Below are positions 19,875 through 28,641 of a DNA stretch of 64,000 bases, piece after piece. Where the stretch lies: NCBI GenBank assembly GCA_038227875.1, contig JBBRPR010000026.1:32001-96000 (forward strand). Direction: 5' to 3'. How positions within the stretch are numbered: the first letter of the stretch is position 1; every line of letters starts with the position of its first letter. The notes beneath the pieces are model-generated. The model was not told the origin of the DNA. It worked only from the letters and a program-made list of their open reading frames with translations, and ran no database searches. Both the position numbers and the translations under genes were made by a program. The DNA is from Planctomycetota bacterium (GTDB lineage: Bacteria; Planctomycetota; SZUA-567; H5-PLA8).

Positions 19875-22800
19875 ATGAGCGCGGCGCCCAGTCAGGGGGC
19901 GAATGCGCCGGCTTCGGACGCGGCCAACGCGACGGTCCGCAGCGCCATCTTCGTGCTCTTCTTTCTTTCGGGCGCGTGCGGGCTGATTTACGAAGTCCTC
20001 TGGTGCCGGCAGCTCGGCCTGATTTTCGGCAACACGGTGCAGAGTCTTTCGGCGGTGCTCACCGCGTTTATGGCCGGGCTGGCGCTGGGGAGTTATCTGG
20101 CCGGGCGGCTGTGCCATCGCTTGAAACGGCCGCTGCTGGCGTATGGCATTCTGGAACTGTGCATCGGCGTCTACTGCGCGGCGCTGCCGTGGCTGTTCAG
20201 TGATCACGGACCGGTGATGCCGCTCTACCGCTCGTTGTACGGTGAGACCGGCAGCAGCACGCTTTCGATTTTTCGCTTCGCCATTTCGCTGGTGCTGCTG
20301 CTGATACCCACGACGTTCATGGGTGCCACGCTGCCGGTGCTGTCGCAGTACATGTCGGGAATCAAAACGAGTCTCGGCCGCACCGCCGGAGCGCTCTACG
20401 CGGTGAACACCTTCGGCGCCGTCGCAGGCGCAGCCGCAACGGGATTTTATTTTCTTCCCTGCTTCGGAAAAATAGAGACCAACTGGATCGCCGTCGGCTG
20501 CAACGTCATGCTCGGCCTGCTCGCCATCAATCTCGGCCTGCGCCAGGCGCTCGGCATGCTCCCCGCGAACTCTGCCTCCCAATCCCAAGAGCCAAAAGCT
20601 AAGAGCCAGGAGCCGACCCCGCTGCCTGCCGCGATCAAGCTCACCGTCGCCGCGTTCGCCATCACCGGTTTCGCTGGGATGGCGACGCAGATCGCCTGGA
20701 CGCGCGCGATCAGTTTGAGCACCGGAAGTTCCACGTACGCGTTCAGCCTGATCGTCTCCGTCTTCATTTTGGGCCTGAGTCTCGGTGGCGCGTGGGCGGC
20801 GCGCGTGGCGCCGAAGATCGCCGACCCGATTGGCGTGCTCGCGAAAATTCTGCTCGTGATTGGGTTGCTCGGGCTGGCGATTTCCACGCTGCTGGGCTTC
20901 GGACCGATTCTGTTTTTCTTTCTGCTCGCGTGGAGCAGCCAGTCGAGCTGGTGGGTGCTGTTGGTCGCGGAAGCGATCGGTATCGGGCTGATCATCCTGG
21001 TTCCCACCTTCCTGATGGGCGCGACGCTGCCGCTGACGATGCAGGTCGCCGCGACGTATCGTGAAAGCGCGGGGCGCACCGTCGGCACGATTTACTCCGT
21101 AAACACCATTGGCGCGATCCTGGGCAGCTTTCTTGGCGGGCTGGTGCTGCTGCCGCTGCTCACGATTCAATACACGCTCGTCGCCGCCGCATTGATGTAC
21201 GCGATCCCCGGCTTGCTGTTGATGGGTTACGGCGTGCAGAAGGGCAAATTCCGAAACCTGGGCCTGGCCGCTGTGTTGATTGGCGCCGGCGTCGTCTGCG
21301 CGCAGCCGTGGGATGGAAAAATCATGAGCAGCGGCGTGTACCTGCTCTACGATCCGCGCACGATCGCCGCGGCGCGGGAATTCCGGCTGCTCGATGCGCT
21401 ACCGAACCTGAGCAAGGGGCGCGAGCTGCTCTACTATAAGGAAGGCGCCGCCGCGACGGTGGCGGTGACGGAGCTCGATACGCCTAAGGGCAAAGATCTG
21501 ATGCTCTCCGTCGGCGGCAAGCCCGATGCCTCCAGCCGCGGCGATATGAGCACTCAGATCGGGCTGACGCTGGTCCCCGAACTGCTCCACGCCAAAGGTC
21601 CGCAGGATGTGCTGGTGATCGGACTGGGCTCGGGCGTCAGCGTCGGCGCGGCGCTTGCGCCGCAATCGGTGCAGCGCGTTGATGTGATCGAGATGTCGCC
21701 GGAAGTCGTCGAAGCTTCCGAAAAGTTCGCGCCGTTCAATGAGCTCACTTATGTGAAGTCGCCGCGGCCGTGGCTGGCGACGCCGAAGGTCGAGCTGCTG
21801 ATCAACGACGGCCGCAACCATCTGCTGCTGACGAAGCGCCGCTACGACGTGATCGCCAGCGAGCCGTCGAATCCGTGGATGGCCGGCGTGGGGAACCTTT
21901 TCACGCGGGAAGCGTTTGAGCTTACGCGCGGGTGCTTGAAGCCCGGCGGCATCATGTGTCAGTGGGTGCACGGTTACCGGCTGGAAGTGGGCGATTTTCA
22001 CAGCATCATCCGCACGTTTACGGAAGTTTATCCGTACGCGCAATTCTGGAACGTGAGCGATGGCGATTTTCTGCTGATCGGGTCGGAAGAGCCGCTCGAT
22101 CAGCCACTGGAGCGCCTGCAAACACGGATGCGCGAACCGGCGGTTGCGCGCTGGCTGGGGAAAGTTCATTACGATACGGACGCGGAGTTCCTCGCCTGCT
22201 ACCTGGCCGACAAACCGTTCCTGGAAGCGATGACACACGACGCTCGGATTCACACCGACGACAATATGCTGCTGGAGTTTTCCGCGCCGCGTTCGCTTTA
22301 CGCGCCGGTTCAGACGCTCAACGCCGGGCTCTTCAATCCCGATCCGGAAGAGATCGTGAAGCTCGGCGGATTGAGCCCCAGCGACACGCAGAGCTTTCAG
22401 GAGCGCCTCGACGGGTCGGTCAGCGCGCGTGAACACGAGCGGCAGGCGATGGAGCATCGCGGCGCATTCCTGGCGCACGTGAAAGCCGCACTGGAACTTT
22501 CGCCACTGCAACGCTGGGCCAACGACAACAAGGACCTCGTCGATACTCAACCGGCGCCGCAGCCGCCGGCCGAGATGCTCGCTCAGATGAAAGCGCAATC
22601 CGACGCGAAGATAAAACAACCCTCGCAACCCGAGGGCGTGCTCTCGGCGACCAATCTGCTCTGCGAACGCGCCGCGCTCGATCCGGGAAATTCACAGGCC
22701 AGAAGTGACGCGGCCGAAGTTCTGCTGCTCGCCGCAAAAGCGATCGTGGAGACCTCGCAAACCGGCGCCATTCATTTAAGCCGCGTCAGCCGCCGCATGG

Positions 22801-22895
22801 GCCGCGAAATTCTAAAACGCGGCGGCAGCGGTACGGCGCTGAATGAAGCGACGAAATTATTAAAAGAATTCCAAGCCGAAAGGCGTCAACCCTAG
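19875..22895 (+). CDS. Fused MFS-like membrane domain / spermidine synthase-like SAM-dependent domain
   Basis: SGACGLIYEVLW.R, YAVNTFGA, VLVIGLGSG, NDGRN, YDVIASEPSNPW. Confidence 0.9.
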   Translation: MSAAPSQGANAPASDAANATVRSAIFVLFFLSGACGLIYEVLWCRQLGLIFGNTVQSLSAVLTAFMAGLALGSYLAGRLCHRLKRPLLAYGILELCIGVYCAALPWLFSDHGPVMPLYRSLYGETGSSTLSIFRFAISLVLLLIPTTFMGATLPVLSQYMSGIKTSLGRTAGALYAVNTFGAVAGAAATGFYFLPCFGKIETNWIAVGCNVMLGLLAINLGLRQALGMLPANSASQSQEPKAKSQEPTPLPAAIKLTVAAFAITGFAGMATQIAWTRAISLSTGSSTYAFSLIVSVFILGLSLGGAWAARVAPKIADPIGVLAKILLVIGLLGLAISTLLGFGPILFFFLLAWSSQSSWWVLLVAEAIGIGLIILVPTFLMGATLPLTMQVAATYRESAGRTVGTIYSVNTIGAILGSFLGGLVLLPLLTIQYTLVAAALMYAIPGLLLMGYGVQKGKFRNLGLAAVLIGAGVVCAQPWDGKIMSSGVYLLYDPRTIAAAREFRLLDALPNLSKGRELLYYKEGAAATVAVTELDTPKGKDLMLSVGGKPDASSRGDMSTQIGLTLVPELLHAKGPQDVLVIGLGSGVSVGAALAPQSVQRVDVIEMSPEVVEASEKFAPFNELTYVKSPRPWLATPKVELLINDGRNHLLLTKRRYDVIASEPSNPWMAGVGNLFTREAFELTRGCLKPGGIMCQWVHGYRLEVGDFHSIIRTFTEVYPYAQFWNVSDGDFLLIGSEEPLDQPLERLQTRMREPAVARWLGKVHYDTDAEFLACYLADKPFLEAMTHDARIHTDDNMLLEFSAPRSLYAPVQTLNAGLFNPDPEEIVKLGGLSPSDTQSFQERLDGSVSAREHERQAMEHRGAFLAHVKAALELSPLQRWANDNKDLVDTQPAPQPPAEMLAQMKAQSDAKIKQPSQPEGVLSATNLLCERAALDPGNSQARSDAAEVLLLAAKAIVETSQTGAIHLSRVSRRMGREILKRGGSGTALNEATKLLKEFQAERRQP

Positions 22896-22934
22896 AAGCT
22901 GTTCTTGCGGCTTCGCGTGGGATAAAAAGCGGTC

Positions 22935-23963
22935 TTACGGCAAGGCAGCGTCGCGCTTGATCGCCAGCCGCCGCACGTCCGCCGCGCGCAGGGCGGCGAG
23001 CGCGGAATCCATGCCGGTCTTCGGTGCGTCGCCGCGGACGAGAATCACCGCCGACGGATGGTTGGTCTGATCGGCCGGCAGCCGCTTGCGCAGGTCTTCG
23101 ACAGCTTCGAGCACGAATGGCTTGAAATCCGTCTCGGCGGTCTTCGCGCCGATGCGCAGTTGGAATCCCGCCGCAGTTTTTCCGGGGAGTACTTCGACGA
23201 TCAGGCGCTCTTCAGCGTCGGGCGCTTCGATCGGCTGACTGGGCATCAGTTTGTCGGCACCCGAAGAGACGAGGTCGTCGGCGATGTGGCGCGACTCCAC
23301 CAATTTCGAAAATTCGAGCTCCGGGCAAATCAGCAGCGGCCGGCGCCACGGCGTTTCGTCGGCCTTGGCGGTGTTGCGCGCGTACAATTTCATGAAGTAG
23401 CCGCAGGCGCGGCCGACAGGCAGTGAATCTTCCTTGATACCCTTGTCGATGCGTTCGAACAACTTCGAGCCCGGCGGACAGAGAATGCGCAGCGCGTAGA
23501 CGTCGCGGGCCGAATCGATGAACACGGCGAGGATGATCGAATAGCCGGGCAGCTCGAATTCCGGCGGCAGTTCGACCTGTCGCGCTTCGATCACGATGCC
23601 GCGCGAGAGCGTCACGACCTGGCCGCGGTAGAGTCCCGGCTTGTCCATCAGGTTATCAAACGTGATTTTGTCGTTGGTATGCTTGCGCAGCTGATCCTGA
23701 TTGGTCGATGCGACCTGGTGGAGAAACCACTTATAAGGGGCGCCTTCCAGGATCGCGCTCTCTTCGAACTTATCGGGATAATAGTCTTCGACAATCTGCG
23801 CGAACAGGCGGCGCCGTTCGTCTTCCTCGTACTGGCCCGGGCGAATCTTGAGCGAGGAGGTCTTGCTATTACCGCCGCCGCTGTCATTGTCGACGGGGTG
23901 GTGGTTGCGTTCGCAGCCCGTGATGAGCAGCAACATCACCAGGATCACGCGCGTGTGTTTCAT
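22935..23963 (-). CDS. Hypothetical lipoprotein
   Basis: Lipobox-like ITGC after a hydrophobic stretch; GGAG upstream of ATG 23963. Confidence 0.7.
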   Translation of the reverse strand: MKHTRVILVMLLLITGCERNHHPVDNDSGGGNSKTSSLKIRPGQYEEDERRRLFAQIVEDYYPDKFEESAILEGAPYKWFLHQVASTNQDQLRKHTNDKITFDNLMDKPGLYRGQVVTLSRGIVIEARQVELPPEFELPGYSIILAVFIDSARDVYALRILCPPGSKLFERIDKGIKEDSLPVGRACGYFMKLYARNTAKADETPWRRPLLICPELEFSKLVESRHIADDLVSSGADKLMPSQPIEAPDAEERLIVEVLPGKTAAGFQLRIGAKTAETDFKPFVLEAVEDLRKRLPADQTNHPSAVILVRGDAPKTGMDSALAALRAADVRRLAIKRDAALP

Positions 23964-23977
23964 AACGACTACTCCGG

Positions 23978-24616
23978 TCAAACCTGCGGTCGTAGCAATC
24001 GCTTCACGGCCGCATCAATCCGTTCCCGTGCGGCCTGGCATTCAGCGATCTCTGCTTCGGCACGCGTACGGCGGGTGGCATTCAATCCTTCTTTATCGTC
24101 CGTTGCGCAGTTGGAAATCACCTGAATTCCTGCACCGCGTGCGGCCGCTTCGAGAAAATATCCCGCCGCCGCAACATCGCCTGCGAGTCCCGGATTGACC
24201 ACGCCGGCGAGTTCCTCAACCAGACGCAAGCCGACCCGGGCATCCGCAATGATTTTTTCGGGAATCTTCGTCGCTGCCTCGTTGCTTTCGGCGATCTTTT
24301 TGGAGCGCGCCGCCTTCTCCTCGGGCGTGGCGCGCGGGAGCTTGCGGGCTTCCGAGTAAGCGCAGTAGGCCTGGATGTCCGCCTCGATGCCGCTGACGAA
24401 CAAGCGTCGCAGTTCGGAGAAACTGTCGTCGAGCTTCCGGGCCTGCGCTTCGACGGCCTTGAACTTTTCGTTTTCGGTGGTGTAAAGCGCCGCCATGCTC
24501 GCCAGCCCCAGCCCGAGCGCCCCGACGAGCGCGCTGGTGCTGCCCCCACCCGGCGTGGGCGTGCGGGAGGCGAGGTCTTCCAGAAATTTGCTGAGCGGCT
24601 GTTCGGGGTACGCCAT
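23978..24616 (-). CDS. Formiminotetrahydrofolate cyclodeaminase / methenyl-THF cyclohydrolase family (FTCD C-terminal)
   Basis: FLEDLASRTPTPGGGSTSA motif. Confidence 0.88.
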   Translation of the reverse strand: MAYPEQPLSKFLEDLASRTPTPGGGSTSALVGALGLGLASMAALYTTENEKFKAVEAQARKLDDSFSELRRLFVSGIEADIQAYCAYSEARKLPRATPEEKAARSKKIAESNEAATKIPEKIIADARVGLRLVEELAGVVNPGLAGDVAAAGYFLEAAARGAGIQVISNCATDDKEGLNATRRTRAEAEIAECQAARERIDAAVKRLLRPQV

Positions 24617-24710
24617 TTTTTTGAGTCTTCCTTGAGAGGTTAAACGTCGCTTTCCGACGCAGTCAATTTTAGCGTGCCGGAACGATTTTAACATAGGGAA
24701 TTGGAAAGCA

Positions 24711-24894
24711 GTTCGTAGTCCGGGCGTCCCGCCCGGTCTAACCGAACCCAAGTCCAAAGGCGTCATTCTTGAGTGAGGCCTGATCTACCGCGAGAGCAAA
24801 GAGGACTTTGCTTCGCGGTAGATAAATTCAGGGGACGAAGAATGTTTATCGCCTTCGCCGAGGTCAGACCGGGCGAGCCGCCCGGACTACAAAC
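24711..24894. repeat. GTAG-type REP doublet (REPIN-like long hairpin)
   Basis: GTAGTCCGGGCG.. at left end, ..CGCCCGGACTAC at right end; nested stems CATTCTT/AAGAATG and TCTACCGCGA/TCGCGGTAGA. Confidence 0.8.
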
Positions 24895-24944
24895 AGCACG
24901 TCGCTGGCGCGGAGGAGCAGCGCGTATTAAGCTCCGCCCACATC

Positions 24945-25997
24945 ATGAAAATACTCGGCATTGAATCTTCTTGCGATGAGACTGCGGCGGCTGTGGTGGA
25001 AGACGGGCGCGCGGTGTTGTCGAATGTTGTGGCCAGCCAGTTTGATCTGCACCGGCCCTTCGGCGGCGTCGTTCCGGAACTCGCGGCGCGCGCGCACGCG
25101 GAGCGGATCACGGCGATCATTGATGAAGCGATGACCGTCGCGAAATGTTCGTCGGAACAGTTGGACGCGATCAGCGTTGTCAACCGGCCGGGCCTGGTTG
25201 GCGCATTGCTGGTGGGCGTCGCGGCGGCCAAGGCGCTTTCGATCGCGTGGAACAAGCCGCTGCTGGGCATGGACCACATCATGGGGCATGTCTACTCGCC
25301 GGTGCTGGCGGGTTTTGACCGCTTTCCGCACATCTCGTTGATCGTCTCGGGCGGCCATACGTGTCTTTACAAAGTCAACACGCCGCTGTCAGTCGAAGTC
25401 CTCGGGCAGACGGCCGACGACGCGGCCGGCGAAGCGTTTGACAAAGTGGCGAAGATGCTCGACCTCGGGTTTCCCGGTGGGCCGGCGCTTTCGAAGCTGG
25501 CCGACCAGGCCCCGCCGGAAGACCGCCGCATCTTCGCGGACTTCGGACAGAAAGCCGCCGACGCGCACACCAAGCCAGCCGATGCGCTCGACTTCAGCTT
25601 TTCGGGATTGAAGACGGCCGTCTACTATCATCTGCGCGGTACCAGCCGCGGACGCGGCCCGTTGCGCGAACTCTCCGCTCAGGAACGCGCGTCGGTGGCG
25701 GCGAGTTTCCAGGAAGCCGCGTGCGAGATCATGGTCAACACCACGCTGAACGCGTGCCGCGTGCACAACATTCACGCCGTCGCCGTGGCGGGAGGCGTGG
25801 CCTGCAACCGCCGTCTGCGCGATCTGTTTAAAGCGCGCGCGGCCGAACAGAACCCCCCGGTCGAGGTCTTCTTTCCGCCACCGGTGCTCTGCACGGACAA
25901 CGCGGCGATGAACGCCGGGTTGGCGTATCATCGGCTATTAAAGGGAGAGCGCGATTCGCTGGAAATCGACGCGGATCCCACGCCGAAGCGGAGCTGA
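24945..25997 (+). CDS. tsaD: tRNA N6-adenosine threonylcarbamoyltransferase
   Basis: ILGIESSCDET, GGVVPELAARAH, HxxxH, SGGHT, DDAAGEAFDK, FSFSGLKT, CTDNAAM. Confidence 0.97.
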   Translation: MKILGIESSCDETAAAVVEDGRAVLSNVVASQFDLHRPFGGVVPELAARAHAERITAIIDEAMTVAKCSSEQLDAISVVNRPGLVGALLVGVAAAKALSIAWNKPLLGMDHIMGHVYSPVLAGFDRFPHISLIVSGGHTCLYKVNTPLSVEVLGQTADDAAGEAFDKVAKMLDLGFPGGPALSKLADQAPPEDRRIFADFGQKAADAHTKPADALDFSFSGLKTAVYYHLRGTSRGRGPLRELSAQERASVAASFQEAACEIMVNTTLNACRVHNIHAVAVAGGVACNRRLRDLFKARAAEQNPPVEVFFPPPVLCTDNAAMNAGLAYHRLLKGERDSLEIDADPTPKRS

Positions 25998-26004
25998 GTG
26001 ACCA

Positions 26005-26166
26005 GAACGAACGGATGGGATCGGGGATCGGGGATCGGGCATCGGTCGTTGGGAATCGCTGTCGCAATACTACGCTTCGTTTTGTTGGATTTGGTTTTTG
26101 AAACTGCGTCTACATTTTTTAGCAGCGCATTCCCATTGCCCGATGCCCGATCCCATCAGTTCGTTC
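26005..26166. repeat. Hairpin element with GGGGATC/GGGCATC heptamer arms
   Basis: GAACGAACGGATGGGATCGGGGATCGG... and ...CCCGATGCCCGATCCCATCAGTTCGTTC. Confidence 0.75.
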
Positions 26167-26344
26167 CCTTCTAGACGTGCATCAAGGACCCACATCATGT
26201 GCAGTCTTTGTTAGGGCGAATATTTACTTATTCGTATTGATTACAGTTGCATTGACAGTAAGTCGAAATATTGAATGGAAACTGATTTTCATGCGTCAAA
26301 TAAGGACTGTTGTGATTCGAAACTCTGCGAAAGGATGTCACGAA

Positions 26345-28480
26345 ATGCGTAATGTGCTGTTAGCAGGCGTAGTTGCGACTCTCGGGCTGGTCTGGTCCGG
26401 GCACGCCGTCGCCTCGGAAGGGTTCGACGATTTGGCCAAGCTCGCCAAGTCGGGCGTCAACGATGATGTGATGCTGGCATATATCGATGCATCGCCCGTT
26501 GCTTACGAACTGACCGTGGACGAAATTCTGTTCTTCAACGATTTGGGCCTCGCGCCGAAAGTCGTTGCCGCTGCGGTGAAGCACGGCAAGGAACTGCGCG
26601 CCACGAACCCGGCGCCTGCCGCGCCCGTCGCCGCCGACGATCCGCCCGCTCCGCGTCCCGCTCTGGCTCCTCCGCCGGCGGCTCGCCCGGTGGTGGACAA
26701 TGGCGACGTTGAAAATGTCAACGACCCCGTGCCGATCACGCAAGCTCCCGTAACCACGATTTCGGAAGCGCCGCAGGAAGTCTATTCGACCACGACGGTC
26801 GTAGCGCCGCCGCCGGAACAGGCCAACCTCTCGTTCTTCTACGATGCGCTGAGCCCGTACGGCTCGTGGATCAATCTGGATGGCAACTACGTCTGGCAGC
26901 CGAACACGATCTCTGTCGATCCCAACTGGCGGCCGTACTGCCAGCGCGGACATTGGGTCTACACCGACGCAGGCTGGGCGTGGCAGTCGGATTACTCGTG
27001 GGGCTGGGCGCCGTTTCACTACGGCCGCTGGTCGCGCCACGATCGCTACGGTTGGGTGTGGTCTCCGGACACCACCTGGGGTCCGGCGTGGGTCTCCTGG
27101 CGCAACGACGGCACGCATGCCGGCTGGGCGCCGTTGCCGCCCCGCACTCGCGTTGAAGCGGGCGTGGGTCTCCACTTTGGCGGCAAGCATGTCGCGGTGG
27201 ACCTGGACTTCGGCATCACTGAACGCGACTACACGTTCGTTCCCGTCGAACACGTCTGCGAAACAAATCTGACGTCCTACTACGTCCGCGGCGGCGAAGT
27301 CTCGATCGTCTACAATCGGACCAGCTACGTGCGCGACAACTACAGCTACGATCACGACCGCGTGTTCAACCGCGGCATCTCGGTGGAATTTGTGGCCGAA
27401 CGTTCGCACCGCGAAATTCGCCCGATCACCATCGTCGACGTGAACGTGCAGGTCGGTGCGCCGATCCGCGGCACCACCGTGACCAACAGTTCGTTTGCCG
27501 TTTACCGCCCGGCGATCAAGAACGAAGCGCCGATCAATCCTGAAGTGGTCGCCGCGCGCCGTGAAGAAGAAGCCAAGCGCGTCGCCATCCGCCAGCAGGC
27601 CGCGACGGAGAAGGCCGCGATCCGCCAGCAGAATTCGGTGGACCGCACCGCCGCTCGCCAGGAAGCCACCACCGCTGAAGTGCAGGCCCGCCGCGACGCC
27701 GAAGCCCGCAAGGTTCAGGCCGCTGCCGAAGCTCGCGCCGCCGCCGCCGAAAGCCGCGCGCAGACCAAGGAACAGCGCGATGCAGAAGTTGCTGCGCGCG
27801 AACAGGCTCGCCAGGCCGCTGAAACCAAGGCGAAGGAATCGCGCTTGGACAACGCGGCCGCGCGTCAGGCTGATGCTGAAGCCAAGGCGCAGGCCCGCCG
27901 CGATGCCGAAGCCAAGGCGGCAGCTGCACGGCAGGACAACACCGCTGCGCGGCAGGCCGATCTGGCTGCCAAGGAGCAGGCGCGCCGCGATGCCGCCGCG
28001 AAGGATCAGGCTGACGATCAGGCCCGTGAACAGGCCCGCCGCGACGCCGCAGCCAAGGCCGCCGCCGAACGCCAGCAGAACGCTGCTGCGCGCAAGGCTG
28101 ACGAAGATGCGCGCGAACAGGCACGCCGCGATGCGTTGGCCAAGGCGCAGGCCGACCGCCAGCAGGCCGCTGAAACCAAGCGCGAACAGACCAACGACGG
28201 TTCCGAAGCCCGCAAGGCCGACCAGCTGGCCAAGGAACAGGCCCGCCGCGACGCCGAAGCCAAGGCCGCCGCCGATCGCCAGGCCAACGCTGCCGCTCGC
28301 GAACAGGCTCGCAAGGAAGCCGCCGCCAAGGAAGCCGCGGAAGCACAGGCCCGCAAGGATGCCCGCGCCGCCGCCGCCGCTGCGCGCAATCCCGCCAGCG
28401 ACGGACAGCCGGATCCGAACAATCCCAACGATCCGGACAATCCGAAGCCGAACAAGAAGAAGAAGAAGAACGACGACTGA
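26345..28480 (+). CDS. Secreted DUF6600-like Trp-rich domain protein with TolA-like Ala/Arg/Glu-rich repeat tail
   Basis: Signal peptide; FYDALSPYGSW, WGWAPFHYGRW, WGPAWVSWR; repeated EQARRDAxAKAAA units. Confidence 0.85.
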   Translation: MRNVLLAGVVATLGLVWSGHAVASEGFDDLAKLAKSGVNDDVMLAYIDASPVAYELTVDEILFFNDLGLAPKVVAAAVKHGKELRATNPAPAAPVAADDPPAPRPALAPPPAARPVVDNGDVENVNDPVPITQAPVTTISEAPQEVYSTTTVVAPPPEQANLSFFYDALSPYGSWINLDGNYVWQPNTISVDPNWRPYCQRGHWVYTDAGWAWQSDYSWGWAPFHYGRWSRHDRYGWVWSPDTTWGPAWVSWRNDGTHAGWAPLPPRTRVEAGVGLHFGGKHVAVDLDFGITERDYTFVPVEHVCETNLTSYYVRGGEVSIVYNRTSYVRDNYSYDHDRVFNRGISVEFVAERSHREIRPITIVDVNVQVGAPIRGTTVTNSSFAVYRPAIKNEAPINPEVVAARREEEAKRVAIRQQAATEKAAIRQQNSVDRTAARQEATTAEVQARRDAEARKVQAAAEARAAAAESRAQTKEQRDAEVAAREQARQAAETKAKESRLDNAAARQADAEAKAQARRDAEAKAAAARQDNTAARQADLAAKEQARRDAAAKDQADDQAREQARRDAAAKAAAERQQNAAARKADEDAREQARRDALAKAQADRQQAAETKREQTNDGSEARKADQLAKEQARRDAEAKAAADRQANAAAREQARKEAAAKEAAEAQARKDARAAAAAARNPASDGQPDPNNPNDPDNPKPNKKKKKNDD

Positions 28481-28507
28481 GTCGATCACTGTTGTAATGC
28501 CGAATAC

Positions 28508-28543
28508 AGCTCGGGGACCGGAAACGGTCCCCGAGCTTTTTTT
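28508..28543 (+). terminator. Intrinsic terminator
   Basis: AGCTCGGGGACCG-GAAA-CGGTCCCCGAGCT followed by a T-run. Confidence 0.92.
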
Positions 28544-28641
28544 CACGCGTGCAATTTCTGCCACTATTTAATTTGTAACAACAGCCGCCTAGAATGGTTT
28601 AGAATGAGTGATTCCAACTGGGCGTGAGGGCGGACCGCGGC

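Noticed and set aside
27590..28380. Repetitive DNA resembling a repeat array
   Set aside because: In-frame, degenerate coding repeats of the Ala/Arg-rich protein tail.
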